Shown here: positions 37,101 to 46,698 of the stretch, piece after piece
Layout: every line of letters begins with the position of its first letter
Position numbering within the stretch: the stretch's first letter is position 1
Source of the DNA: Prorocentrum cordatum
Taxonomy: Eukaryota
Assembly (NCBI GenBank): GCA_963575745.1
Contig: CAUYUJ010000272.1
Span: 1-64,000 of the forward strand
DNA length: 64,000 bases
Direction of reading: 5' to 3'
Program-made: the position numbers and the translations under genes
The notes under the pieces: generated by a model
What the model was told of the DNA's origin: nothing
What the model saw: the letters and a program-made list of their open reading frames with translations, nothing else
The model's database searches: none

Positions 37101-37826
37101 AGCAGCTGCCTCGCTGTGGGCACGTGCGAGGCGAACTGGAACGTGGTCCCCGACTTCCAGCAGCCGGGACATCGCGACCCGCGGTTGGAACGCAGCCTGA
37201 TCGTGGAGTTCCTGAGGGTCGCGGACCGCGGGGGCACGGACGTCCGGCTTGACACCGGGGCACCCTACCGAGCCCGCGCGTGGCCGCGGGCAGCTCTCCG
37301 TACGCACCTCTGGGCCTGGCGGATCGCCAAAGGGTTTCGCTGGCAGCGGCCCGGGCACATCTCGGCGCTGGAGCTGGAGGCTGCAGTGGCTGGAGCGCGC
37401 TGGAGGTGCCGAGCGGTTGAGAACCACCGCTGCCGCTACCTGCACATACTGGATGCCCAAGCGATCGCGGCAGTCAGCACCAAGGGCAGATCGAGCGCGA
37501 GGGCTTTGCAGCCCGCGCTCCGCCGTCTCAACGCCCTCCTCCTCGCGACGGCAGGGTACCCGCTGTACGGCTACTGCGACACCGACGACATGCCCGCCGA
37601 CACGCCGTCCCGCTGGAGCTTCGGCCGCCGCTGCCTCGCTCCCAGTGCGGCCGCCGGCAAGGGCCAGGAGGGCCGCCCCCAGCAAGCGTGCAGCACAAGC
37701 AGCGGCAAAGGTGAGCCGGGTCACAGCTCAGGCGATGGCGCGACGAGCTGCAGCGAGATCCCAACCGCTGAGGGAGGCGATGGTCACGCCACTCACCCTG
37801 CAGCGGTACCGTGCGGCAGTCGATGA
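34146..37826 (+). CDS. Pol: reverse transcriptase + RNase H interrupted by a DNMT3-like C5-cytosine methyltransferase (~1226 aa from ATG 34146; frame open from 31923)
   Basis: RT motifs: AFGVAK, RLIINM, SDDQASAFY, IPMGW and YIDD (35427-35438). RNase H motifs: TDAS (35916-35927), HISALELE (37356-), ILDAQ (~37452) and PADTPSR (37593-37613). MTase motifs: I ELFAG (36078-36092), IV GSPCQ (36303-36317), VI ENV (36444-36452), VIII RRPRLYW (36543-36563), IX RLPVPEERAALMGF and X IGNTF (37011-37025). The start codon is uncertain. Confidence 0.93.
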   Translation: MLAEVGTGVSSKFRLALAVHEAVHGSPGAIGRYVRKMCTSPDPTASFARLREVLPLPLPDAPLFERYRAAWYLHQQLPETCEVDAATAQGWAQLVVFSLNYQYTGHMRSPTVAARRPTASQVSALGIVQEACEYFVQDAATAFELPDWDRVISSRTVSYGGEETARALPLSLAGIMPGLPARGVAASVKAVDIADAQVGAWLADPTLALLPRDEWPAEVPRAAIQVTSKQEWYRIGTKLVELGLAAPIADDRIFKVGNRKVLAGAFGVAKGGTPSPGQACVQRLIINMVPANSYQRIMRDDIGTLSASPSWVAIPLPEGHMLLWSSDDQASAFYCYELPEAWQPYMTLAEAIPNELIGVPGPGKTHLALRVIPMGWINAVTVFQHCHRRLGFGSRPLAAGFPAELEWRKDRPLPFKSKELEQQWIQYYIDDWDHGEVVPNAMVAELLGTMSCAQEEQRAAYGRSGISVAPGKAKHRALVLERMGAGLDGAVGRVGVTTEKLHQLLAFILWGMGRQGLSSQGMLMILGRCARAAEFRRPFMGFLNSVWAAGRWTRPQTGPLGMCDELLGFAMALPLAYTDLRAKIDTCVIATDASERAGGICHTAGLSAQGVACARGGASAVTLRPGAVAAPVRGVRWRPRIVLIELFAGAAGAAVAASRLPIDVMAHVSCEVEPAARRLVRRRWAGVIELGNIEAVDTARFTEMLKGYARDADWVVLTAGSPCQDLASINVVGTGLEGSRSRLFFRVPELIQAAEAAFPKRTMWFVENVFSMTLESRAEFTRALGVTPVFLDARCLTHVRRPRLYWCSWPVTAFLASDATVETKGVGEATYFKVSLAVERLPLSASLLEGWSTLDPEADLPCFTRPIPRSHPPFRPVGLDRASVRAAERWAADSYRYQVNNYEDGSLIWDARRERGRLPVPEERAALMGFDRLYFQAAVKDSAPAAERDSVIESLIGNTFCVQAVMYLLGSWLAQVGALAAAIPGSSCLAVGTCEANWNVVPDFQQPGHRDPRLERSLIVEFLRVADRGGTDVRLDTGAPYRARAWPRAALRTHLWAWRIAKGFRWQRPGHISALELEAAVAGARWRCRAVENHRCRYLHILDAQAIAAVSTKGRSSARALQPALRRLNALLLATAGYPLYGYCDTDDMPADTPSRWSFGRRCLAPSAAAGKGQEGRPQQACSTSSGKGEPGHSSGDGATSCSEIPTAEGGDGHATHPAAVPCGSR

Positions 37827-38649
37827 AGTCGTTGATTTCTGGATCCAGGAGCACCGGCAGCCGCAGACGCCCGCTCAGGTCGACGCTGGCGTGGCCGCCT
37901 TCATTGAGAGCCGCTGGCTGAGCGGAGGATCTTTGTTCGAAGTTAATAATGCTATTGCTGGCATCACGCACGCTTTCCCGCCCGTGCGAGGGCACCTGCG
38001 GGACAGCTGGCGCTTGGCCAAGACGTGGCAACGACTGGAGCCAGCTGGGCGGGCGCTGCCGATTGGTCCGCTGATCGCGGCAGCATTCGCTGGTGCATTT
38101 GCAGCCGTAGGCCAGCTCGGTGCTGCGGCGGTGCTGGCTGCGGGCTACGATGCTTTCCTCCGGACGGGTGAGATGACCTCGCTCGTGTGGTCCGATGTAC
38201 AGCTGTACCCACTCCGACGAATGGCCGTGCTGCAGCTGCGCAACGCCAAGAGCCAGCATCAGACTGGTGCCCGAGAGTTCGTGCTCGTGCGGAGTGGTGT
38301 AGCGGTCGCCCTCCTTGCTAGAGCAAAGGCTCAGGCGCACGGACAGGACTTGTGCCTCGGAATGGAGCCAAACAGTTTCATGAACACTTTCAGCCGAGTG
38401 CGTGAGCTGCTGGAACTGCAGGATGCTAAGCTCACCCTCTACAGCTGGCGGAGGGGCGGCGCCTCCGCCGACTTCCGCAGCCATGGCTCCATGGAGCAGA
38501 CGCTGCTCCGAGGCAGATGGGCCTCGGCGCGCACGGCCCGCTTGTATGTCCAGGATGCCGTCGCCGAGGCCACTCAATTAAATCTCTCGCCCGCGCAGCG
38601 GAAGCGCTGCGGCCTGCTCGCGTCCCGCCTGCGAGCAGAAGCGAGATGA
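37453..38649 (+). CDS. Tyrosine recombinase (integrase) of the retrotransposon, overlapping the pol 3' end in another frame
   Basis: Catalytic motifs: FLRTGE (R at 38161), NAKS (K), YSWRRGG (38440-, HxxR position), RGRW (38509-38520) and ARLYV (Y at 38545). The first in-frame ATG is 37453, with alternatives at 37735 and 37780; the frame is open from about 37249. Confidence 0.92.
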   Translation: MPKRSRQSAPRADRARGLCSPRSAVSTPSSSRRQGTRCTATATPTTCPPTRRPAGASAAAASLPVRPPARARRAAPSKRAAQAAAKVSRVTAQAMARRAAARSQPLREAMVTPLTLQRYRAAVDEVVDFWIQEHRQPQTPAQVDAGVAAFIESRWLSGGSLFEVNNAIAGITHAFPPVRGHLRDSWRLAKTWQRLEPAGRALPIGPLIAAAFAGAFAAVGQLGAAAVLAAGYDAFLRTGEMTSLVWSDVQLYPLRRMAVLQLRNAKSQHQTGAREFVLVRSGVAVALLARAKAQAHGQDLCLGMEPNSFMNTFSRVRELLELQDAKLTLYSWRRGGASADFRSHGSMEQTLLRGRWASARTARLYVQDAVAEATQLNLSPAQRKRCGLLASRLRAEAR

Positions 38650-38782
38650 ACTTTTCTTGCTTTGTACTGCCTGTCTGTCTGTCCCGCCCATCCTCCACCT
38701 TTCTTCCCTCATTTCATTACAACGAGGTGGAGGGCATAAGTAAGAGCAAGAGGGAGCGGCTTTTGCCAGAGTAGGGACCGTG

Positions 38783-39026
38783 GAGAGAGCTAGGGGGTTC
38801 AGGGGTTGGTGACGTTTAACCTCCCGGCGGTGCAAGTGTGTCAGCGCGTCTGGGACGCAGCGCGGGTGCTTAAGCGCCACGGCTGTGCCAGGCGGGTTGG
38901 GAGGCCCTTGGATGCCGCTGAAGGGACGGGACCTCTCCCAACTCCTGGAATGACCCCTGAGTAGCCCCCAGAGGTCCTGGCCTGACAAGCTCCCTGGCGG
39001 AGTGCACAAAAACAGGTGAGAGAAGC
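38783..39026 (+). repeat. Split direct repeat B1 (244 bp)
   Basis: GAGAGAGCTAGGGGG...GGTGAGAGAAGC reads identical to 39210-39453 (offset 427). Minus-strand ORF-track translations over both copies are also identical. Confidence 0.95.
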
Positions 39027-39032
39027 ATATAT

Positions 39033-39131
39033 GAACCTTCCAAGGAAACCTATGCGGAGTCCACCTGAGCGTGCGCGACGCCGTTGATGGATAACGGTTG
39101 AGTTTCATCCATCTGCCGTAGCTGTGTTGGC
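39033..39131 (+). repeat. Split direct repeat A2
   Basis: Identical to A1 and joined to B1 through ATATAT (39027-39032). Confidence 0.95.
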
Positions 39132-39209
39132 CCACCCACAGACAGGGGGCAGCATTGCTACCGTCTCGCGCGTGGCCGTGCCTGCCTCCGCGCGAGTATT
39201 TGCCAGGAC

Positions 39210-39453
39210 GAGAGAGCTAGGGGGTTCAGGGGTTGGTGACGTTTAACCTCCCGGCGGTGCAAGTGTGTCAGCGCGTCTGGGACGCAGCGCGGGTGCTTAA
39301 GCGCCACGGCTGTGCCAGGCGGGTTGGGAGGCCCTTGGATGCCGCTGAAGGGACGGGACCTCTCCCAACTCCTGGAATGACCCCTGAGTAGCCCCCAGAG
39401 GTCCTGGCCTGACAAGCTCCCTGGCGGAGTGCACAAAAACAGGTGAGAGAAGC
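39210..39453 (+). repeat. Split direct repeat B2 (3' terminus of the element)
   Basis: Identical to B1 and followed directly by (AT)12 at 39454-39477. Confidence 0.95.
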
Positions 39454-39491
<38 letters not shown>

Positions 39492-40098
39492 ATGCGTGTA
39501 TGTACGTGTGTGGGGTATGGCAGTATGTGCAGGTGTATGTGCATGTGCATGTGCATGCATCTGCATGTGTATGACCATATGTATATGTATGTGTGTATGT
39601 AAATGTATATGAAGATGCACGTGTCTATGTGCATGCAATTGTATATGCATGTGTTTGTGTTTATATGTATATGTCTATGCATGTGTATATGTTTCGCAAC
39701 GGCATGTCGATGTGTTTACACGTGTGTGTATACATGTACGCATGTGTGGTTACATGTTTAGTTGTACGCATGTAGTTGTAATTGTATAAATATACAGTTA
39801 GACGTATATGTACGCGTTTATGTATATGTGTATGTATACGTGTTTGTATGCGTTTGTATATGTATGTGTGCGTGTCGATGTATCTGCATCTGACTATGCA
39901 TAGTTGCAGGTGTATGCGTGCGTACATGCGTATGTACATGTGTATGTAAACGTATCTGTATATGCATTTGTACATGTATATGTATATGCATGTGTATGTG
40001 CATATGTATATGTATATGTATATGTATAGGTATATGTAAATGTACATGTATATGTATATGTATATTTATATGTATATGAGCATGCATATGTATGTATA
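39454..40098. repeat. (AT)n/(TATG)n alternating purine-pyrimidine tract, right half of the retrotransposon target (left half 31625-31782)
   Basis: Directly visible; a similar (TATG)n/(TGCA)n tract lies at 42248-42850. Confidence 0.95.
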
Positions 40099-41746
40099 TC
40101 CCTCTTCACACATTTTTGCAAGCTGGGGGGCGGACCCCCCCCACACACCCTCTCCCCGCCCAAAACCGAGCCCCCTGGATCCGGGGCTTCGGGACCCCCG
40201 GACATCCTTGCCAGAGGTCCCCTGGCTCGTCAGGGACCTCCCAGGGCGCCTCGCCGGGTCTTGACCCCAAGCGATCAGAGCAGTGATCAGAGAGGCCGAA
40301 GAGAGACCCAAGACAGCACAAGAGCGCTCCAAGAAGGACCCAGATGGCCTCCAGAGGCCCCCAAGACGGCCGAGGAAGCTCTCAACTTGACTTCCAGAAC
40401 GCAAGAATCGCTTCATTCTCGCTGTTCGGGTCTCCGCAGCGTCCACAACAGCCAGAAAGGCTTACACTATCGCCCCAAGACGACCCAAAAAGCCCCCAAG
40501 AGAGCTTCTAGACGGCCTGGATGGCCCCAAGACTGCGCAAGGAAGCCCCACATGAGCCAATAGGAGGCCCAGCATGCCCCCCAGAAGGCGCCCAAGAGAA
40601 CCCCAAGAAGGCACGGGAGGCCCCAAAAAGGCCATGGGAGGCCACCAGGAGGGCCTACGCACCCCAAGACTGCCCAAGGAAGCTCCGAAAGAGCCAAAAA
40701 GAAGCCCAAGAGGCCCTCAGAAGGCGCACAAGAGAAGCCAAAGAAGGCACGGGGGCCCCCCAGAAAGGCCATGGGAGGCCACCAGGAGGGCCTACGTAGC
40801 CCCCGCAATGTTCCTAGAGGACCCAAGCTCCCTAACATGGCCCAAGATAAGATGCCCCCAGGACGGCTCGACAGGGCGCCAAGCCGGCCCGCCTGGGCTC
40901 CAACAAGACCCACACGGCGTTTTCCTTAAAACTGACCCGAATTTCGTGTTCGCAACCACATTTCCCGAACATTTTTGCGAACCCGGGGTTTGGTCCATTC
41001 TTTACGAGTTACTCACGTGCACGTGCCCCGTTGCGACCCGCTGCAACATGACATCCTCGGCTTGGCATTGCTTTGTATTTTGCAGCATCGCTTGACATTG
41101 CGTCGGTTTGCTTGGCATTCCCTCCCCTGCTCCTCTGGGCCCTCCTCCTCCACCTCCTCCCCCTCCTCATCTTTCTGCCGCTCCACCACTCGTCCTCTCC
41201 CACATCCGCTTCCTTCCCTCGCTCCACGACTCTCCCCACTCCTATCCTTCGCCCTCCACCCAGCGCCTTTCGGGGACCCGTGGAGGCCCTGGGAAGGGCC
41301 AGGGACCGCCCGAACTTTGGAAGACTTCTGCAAACCACCGCAGGGGAGGGGTCAAATCCCCACTGCCACTAGGGATGGCGCGAACGACCAACATATGCAA
41401 AGCCTCAAGGACCAAGGTGCATGGCACGAAGCGCCAATGCAGCCTTGTATTATATATATATATATATATATACATATATAGTTATATCTAGACATGTGTA
41501 TATGTGTATGTGTATGCATATGTAGATGTAAATCTATATGTACAGGTAAAAGGTATAGGTACATGTGTATGTATGATCCCGGGTGCCGGGCTGACGAGCC
41601 CCCCCCCTTCCCCCCTCGGGTGGGATGGGTTTCAGGGTTCCACAAGGCCCCCGCCCTCCCCCCCAAATGGGATGGGGGGGGAGGAGGAGGAAGACGACGA
41701 CGACGACGACGACGACGACGACAACGAAGACGACGAAGACGACGAA

Positions 41747-41781
<35 letters not shown>

Positions 41782-42698
41782 CAAAGAGCCGACCACGAAT
41801 GATTTCTCTGAGCGTGGAGACTCACGCGAACACTTCTAAATCTCGGGTTCGGCACTCTCATGCAATTACTTCGTGCATGCTCCAGCAAGCGTGCATGCCC
41901 CGAAGACGTGGTGGGGAGGAAGAAAGGGAACTCAAGGAATGAAGAAAGAACATTCACATAGCATAACACACTGGAGCGGCAGCACCGTAACACCAAGCGC
42001 GGGGCCTCCCCAGCGCGCCGAAGCACCACGCCGCACCCACGAAAACTGACCACAGCACCAACCCACACCCACACCAACCCACACCACACCCACAGGGGGG
42101 GGGAACCATCGTGGGGGAAGGAGGGGGCCCGATGGCATATCCATTGGTGGGGGGGCCAGGCCCTGGACCATGGATGCCTGTTTGTAGGTAGGTGGGTAGG
42201 TGGGTGGGGGGGTGGGTAGGTAGGTCGGTAGGTATTTAGGCAGGTCTGTATGTATGCATGTATGCTTGTATGTATGTTTGTTTGTATGTTTGTATGTATG
42301 CATGCATGCATGCATGCATGCATGTATGCACGTAGGTGTGTATACATGTATGTATGTATGTAAGTATGCATGCATGCATGCATGCATGCATGTATGTACG
42401 TATGCATGTATGTATGTATGTATGTATGTATATACGTATGTATACATGTATGTATGTATGTATGTATGTATGTATGCATGTATGCATGCATGCATGTAAA
42501 TATATGTATGTATGTATGCATGCATGTATGTATGTATGTATGTATGTATGTATGTATGTATGTATGTATGTATGTATGTATGTATGTATGTGTGTATGGG
42601 TGTATGTATGTATGTACGTATGTATGTATGTACGTATGTATGTATGTATGTATGTATGTATGCATGCATGCATGCATGCATGCATGTATGTATGTATG

Positions 42699-42731
<33 letters not shown>

Positions 42732-43099
42732 GTATGTATGTATGTATGTAAATGTATGTATGTATGTCAGTATGTCTGTATGTGTGTATGTGTATGTGTA
42801 TGTGTGTATGTGTATGCGTGTGCGTATGCTTATGTGTGTATGCTTCTATTCATGTATATCTACACAAAATGTTGCCAGCTCGCTTCGCTTCGCGTGTAAT
42901 CTGTGAGTCGCATTGCGCCAGAGGCTCGTCGCGACTGGTAGTCGCCAGCACCGCGTTGCGCTTCGGCCATGGTGTCATGGGGCACACAGGACTGATGGGA
43001 CCCATGTTCTCTTCCGAGTCAGAGGGCTCAAGGGCTCTCCGCCGCCACTGGGGTCCAAAATCTCGGAGCGCTAATGTGGAAGTGGGGTAACTCAGGCAG

Positions 43100-43830
43100 C
43101 GCGGCTCCTGGGGACCATGAGAGTCCGAGCGCCCGCTGCCGTACTTGGGTTCAGAAAGTTGTTCGGGCTTGTGAGCTCGTTGTGCTTGCAGGTTTGTACG
43201 TTCCGTGGTCTCACAGAATTTGCGGGCTCCTGGGTCCCATGGAGCGGGTTGGCTCAGAAGTCTTGTGATGCTCATGGGAATCATAGGGATCATTGTGCTA
43301 TTTGAGATAATGAGGCTCATCAGGGTCATGAGGGGTCGTCGGGGTCATAGTGTCCAAAGGGCCCATGTGCCTCATACGGTTCACAAGGCTCTTGAGGCTC
43401 TTTGGGGTCGCGTGGCCCGTGGGTCCCATTATGCTGATAGAGCTCATCGGGCTCGTAGGGCTCATGAGGCTCATAGGCGGCGAAGGGCTCATAGGGCTTG
43501 TCGGGCTCATTGGGTTCGTAAGCTCGTCGCGCTTACGAGTCTCATAGGCTCACAGGCGACATTGGGCCCATGGATCTGCTAGGGCTCACAGCGCTCATAG
43601 GGCTCATGCGGCTGGCACGGCCCATCAGGCTCCCAGGGCTCATGGGGTCCATAGGGCTCCCGGTGCCCATGGAGCTCAGAAGGCCGCAGTGCTCAGAGCG
43701 CTCATGGGGATCATAGGGTTCGTACGGCCAGTAGAGCACGTAGCGCTTAAACGGGTGACAGTGACCCCAGCGCTCGCAGGGCCCAGAAGAGTCGCACAGC
43801 CGATGAGGCTGGTAAGGCCTGGAATGGCCC
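43100..43830 (+). repeat. Degenerate ~9-bp GGGCTCATR satellite
   Basis: Recurrent GGGCTCATA/GGGCTCATG units. Confidence 0.75.
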
Positions 43831-44098
43831 TTGAAAGCGCGTCCTGCAGTCCTGGCGTCCGGTCGCCAATGAAAGGGTCGGGGCGTGGGGGGACCCTCAC
43901 CAGGCCCCGATCATCGTTAATCAACGACCGGGTATGAAAAGGTAGTCTTGGGAGAGGTTTTTGGACATTGGGGGGCCGACACTGCGAACAAAATCCTGAC
44001 GCTGGATGTCTGGGACCGAAGGCGAGGCGGCTGGTGAGGAGGAGAGAATCAAGGGGTCGACCCAGGCGGCCGTCGAAGCCCAGGCTCCAGCGGGCCTT

Positions 44099-44130
<32 letters not shown>

Positions 44131-45544
44131 GCTCCTTATGTCTCCTTCCTGGAGATCTTTGGAGGAAAAGCGGCGGCCGGGCCGCGTGGAATTACTGCTG
44201 TCGAAAGGCCTTGTCTTGGAGCTCTTTTGGGCTGTGTTGGGGGGCTTGGGCCGTCTTGGGACTCTCTTGGGGCTCTCCTCGGCCCTCTTAGGGGCCTTCT
44301 CTGGCCGTCTCGGGGCTCTCTTGGGGGCTTTTTCGGACTCTCCGGGGCCCCTCTTCGGTGGTCTCGAGCTATCTTGGGCTGTCTTGGGGCCCTCTTTAGG
44401 GCGTCTTGGACCGTCTCGAGGCGACCATGGAGGTTTCTTGGATCGTCTTGGATGCTGCTGATTAAGACCGAAGAAGCGAGTATGCTAGAAATGTACGTCC
44501 TAAGGGAATGGCACGACTTTCGCCTCTTCGGGGCGCTCTTGGGAGGTGTCTTGGAGCGTCTTGAGGGCCTCGTTGGCCGTCTTGAGGATGTTAGGGGCCC
44601 TCTCTGAACGCACTTGGGCCGTCTTGGGGCCGTTCTGGGGCCGTCCTGGGCTCAGCCCGGGCGTTCTGGAGCGGTCCTGGGCCGTTCTGGTGCTCCGCGG
44701 GGCCGTTCAGTAGCCGAACCAGGGCCCGCTCTGGTGGTGCAGGCTGGTCGGGAGAGCGAGGCACGAATAATTTATGTACGGGGGAGGTGTCCACACAAGA
44801 ATAAGGTCGGACCGAGGTCTAAGGTCGAGGTCGGTTCGGGGAGGGTGCCCCACCCAGTTCTCCTCGTGTGTGTTGGATGCTCCTGTGCATCCTGGGGAGG
44901 GTACCCTTGGCTGTTCTGTGCGTGTTGGCTGGCGGAGGGTCTCATGTCATGTTCGTGAAGGATGCGCTTCTGTCCTAGGTCCGGCTGTCTCGGGGGCCTC
45001 CTGGAGGAGTGGAGTGGTCTCCTGGAGGAGTGGAGTGATTGCGCGTGCTCTGCCGCCCCCTGCGGTCTCGGAGGCCTCCTGGAGGAGTGGAGTGGTTGCG
45101 CGTGCTCTGCCCGCCCCTGAGTGCGGGGGAAGGTACACATTTTTCTTCTGGTCCCCGGGGATCCGGGGCAGCCTTCTCCCCCAAGCCTTGCCTCGCTCCC
45201 TCCCTTCCTCCGTCCTCAGCTTTCATCAGTTCCCCCCTCTCCCATGCTTCCACTGATGCGGAAGAGGAGGAGGAGGAGGAGGAGGAGGAGGAGGAGGAGG
45301 AGGAGGAGGAGGAGGAGCCGGCGGAGGAGCGGCGGAGGAGGAGGAGGAGGAGGGAGGAGGAGGAGGAGGAGGAGTATAATATAATGGAGGAGGAGGAGGA
45401 GAGGAGGAGGAGGAGGAGGAGGAGGAGGAGGAGGACACGGAGGAAGAGGAGACGGAGGAAGAGGAGGACGAGGAGGAGCGAGGAGGCGGAGGAGGAGGAG
45501 GATAATATATTGGCGGAGGAGGAAGAGGAGCAGGAGCAGGAGCA

Positions 45545-45584
<40 letters not shown>

Positions 45585-46540
45585 AGGAGGAGGAGGAGAG
45601 GAGGAGGAGGAGGAGGAGGAGGACGAGGGAGGAGCGAGGAGCAAGGAGGAGGAGGAGGCGGAGGAGGAGGAGGAGGAGACGGAGGAAGAGGAGGAGGAGG
45701 GAGGAGGAGGAGGAGGAGGAGGAGGGAGGAGGAGGAGGAGACGGAGGAAGAGGAGGAGGAGGAGGAGGAGGAGGAGGAGGAGGAGGGGGAGGGGGAGGGG
45801 GAGTAGGGGTTGGAGGAACCAGGACGCGATGGATGCGTGCGTTTCGCCCCCTTTGGCGTAGTTTGAACGACGTTGCTCCGAGAGGACACCGCTGGCTAGC
45901 CCTCCGTGTCAGGGCGCGCTTGCTGTGCAAGATGCGCCGACGGAGCGCGCTGAACCCTCAGTGACTCAGAAGAGGAACACGTATCCATGCCGCTACGTTT
46001 CGCTCGTTTTCCCCTTTTTGAGCCTCGTGGGAGGCCCTCGTCGCGACGGCTGGAGTCGCATCCCAGGAGAGGTCCGGGGAGTAGCGCTATCGGTACCGCC
46101 GATTGGAGGCATTGGTGACAGCGCTGCATTGCTACTTCGGCGGCAGTGCATGCCCTGCGATTTCGGATCGGCTGCCGCTGTGGAAGAGGAGGGGCGGGAG
46201 GCCGTACGTGGGCGACGCAGAAGCACGGGGCCGTCCGCGCCGACTCTGGCGCGTGAGCTGCCCGCGTCAGGTCGCGCGTAAGCGCCCTCGCGCTGGCGGC
46301 CCGCGTACACCGCCGCGCAAGGTCGCCTCGCCATCTAGCGCAGGACGCCTCTTTGTCCAGACCCCCGACGTCGACCCCCAGAGGTCTGGACTCCTTCCCC
46401 AGGACCGGTTTTTCATCCCGAGTCGTTTTCTGACGGCCCCGAGGCCCGGGAAGGGCCCCCAGCCCAGGGGCCGAAAATGGCGAAAAGCCGCCCGTCGTGT
46501 TTTTGTCGCAGCTCTAGGGGGTCTGGGTGAATCGTTCACC

Positions 46541-46698
46541 ACCCACCAAACCACCCCAACCTAACCCGAAGGCCTCAATGTGCCCTCCCTTTCCAGTGGG
46601 GTGGGTGGGGTCGGGAAACATCGACAAAACACATATCCCGTCGTCCCCCCCCCACCCGAAATGCGGGTTTTCGGGTTGGGTTGGGGTGGTCTGGTAGG
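46541..46698. mobile_element. MITE family M5 (CCAAACCACCCCAACC..CCCGAA inverted termini)
   Basis: The right end TTCGGGTTGGGTTGGGGTGGTCTGG mirrors the left end; copies lie at ~29578-29742 and ~59926-60082. Confidence 0.7.

Larger units (their letters stand above)
31783..39453 (+). mobile_element. Full-length tyrosine-recombinase (DIRS order, Ngaro/PAT-like, split direct repeat) retrotransposon carrying a C5 DNA methyltransferase
   Basis: Terminal repeats are arranged A1 (31783-31881) ... B1 (38783-39026), ATATAT, A2 (39033-39131), B2 (39210-39453). Internal ORFs carry gag-like, RT, RNase H, C5-MTase and YR motifs. Both ends abut (AT)n and no TSD is distinguishable, as expected for YR integration. 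Confidence 0.95.

Noticed and set aside
37528..38577. 349-aa antisense ORF and other antisense ORFs within the element
   Set aside because: They are shadows of GC-rich sense ORFs and carry no motifs.
36060..38649. Bacterial restriction-modification system or prophage integrase (contamination)
   Set aside because: The MTase is fused in-frame with RT/RNase H, and the unit is bounded by split direct repeats inside eukaryotic microsatellite DNA. No restriction nuclease or phage genes are present.
38783..39453. Hammerhead ribozyme in the terminal repeats
   Set aside because: I could not find the CTGANGA...GAAA core with suitable stems; only CTGAGTA and CTGACAA occur. An Infernal scan would settle it.
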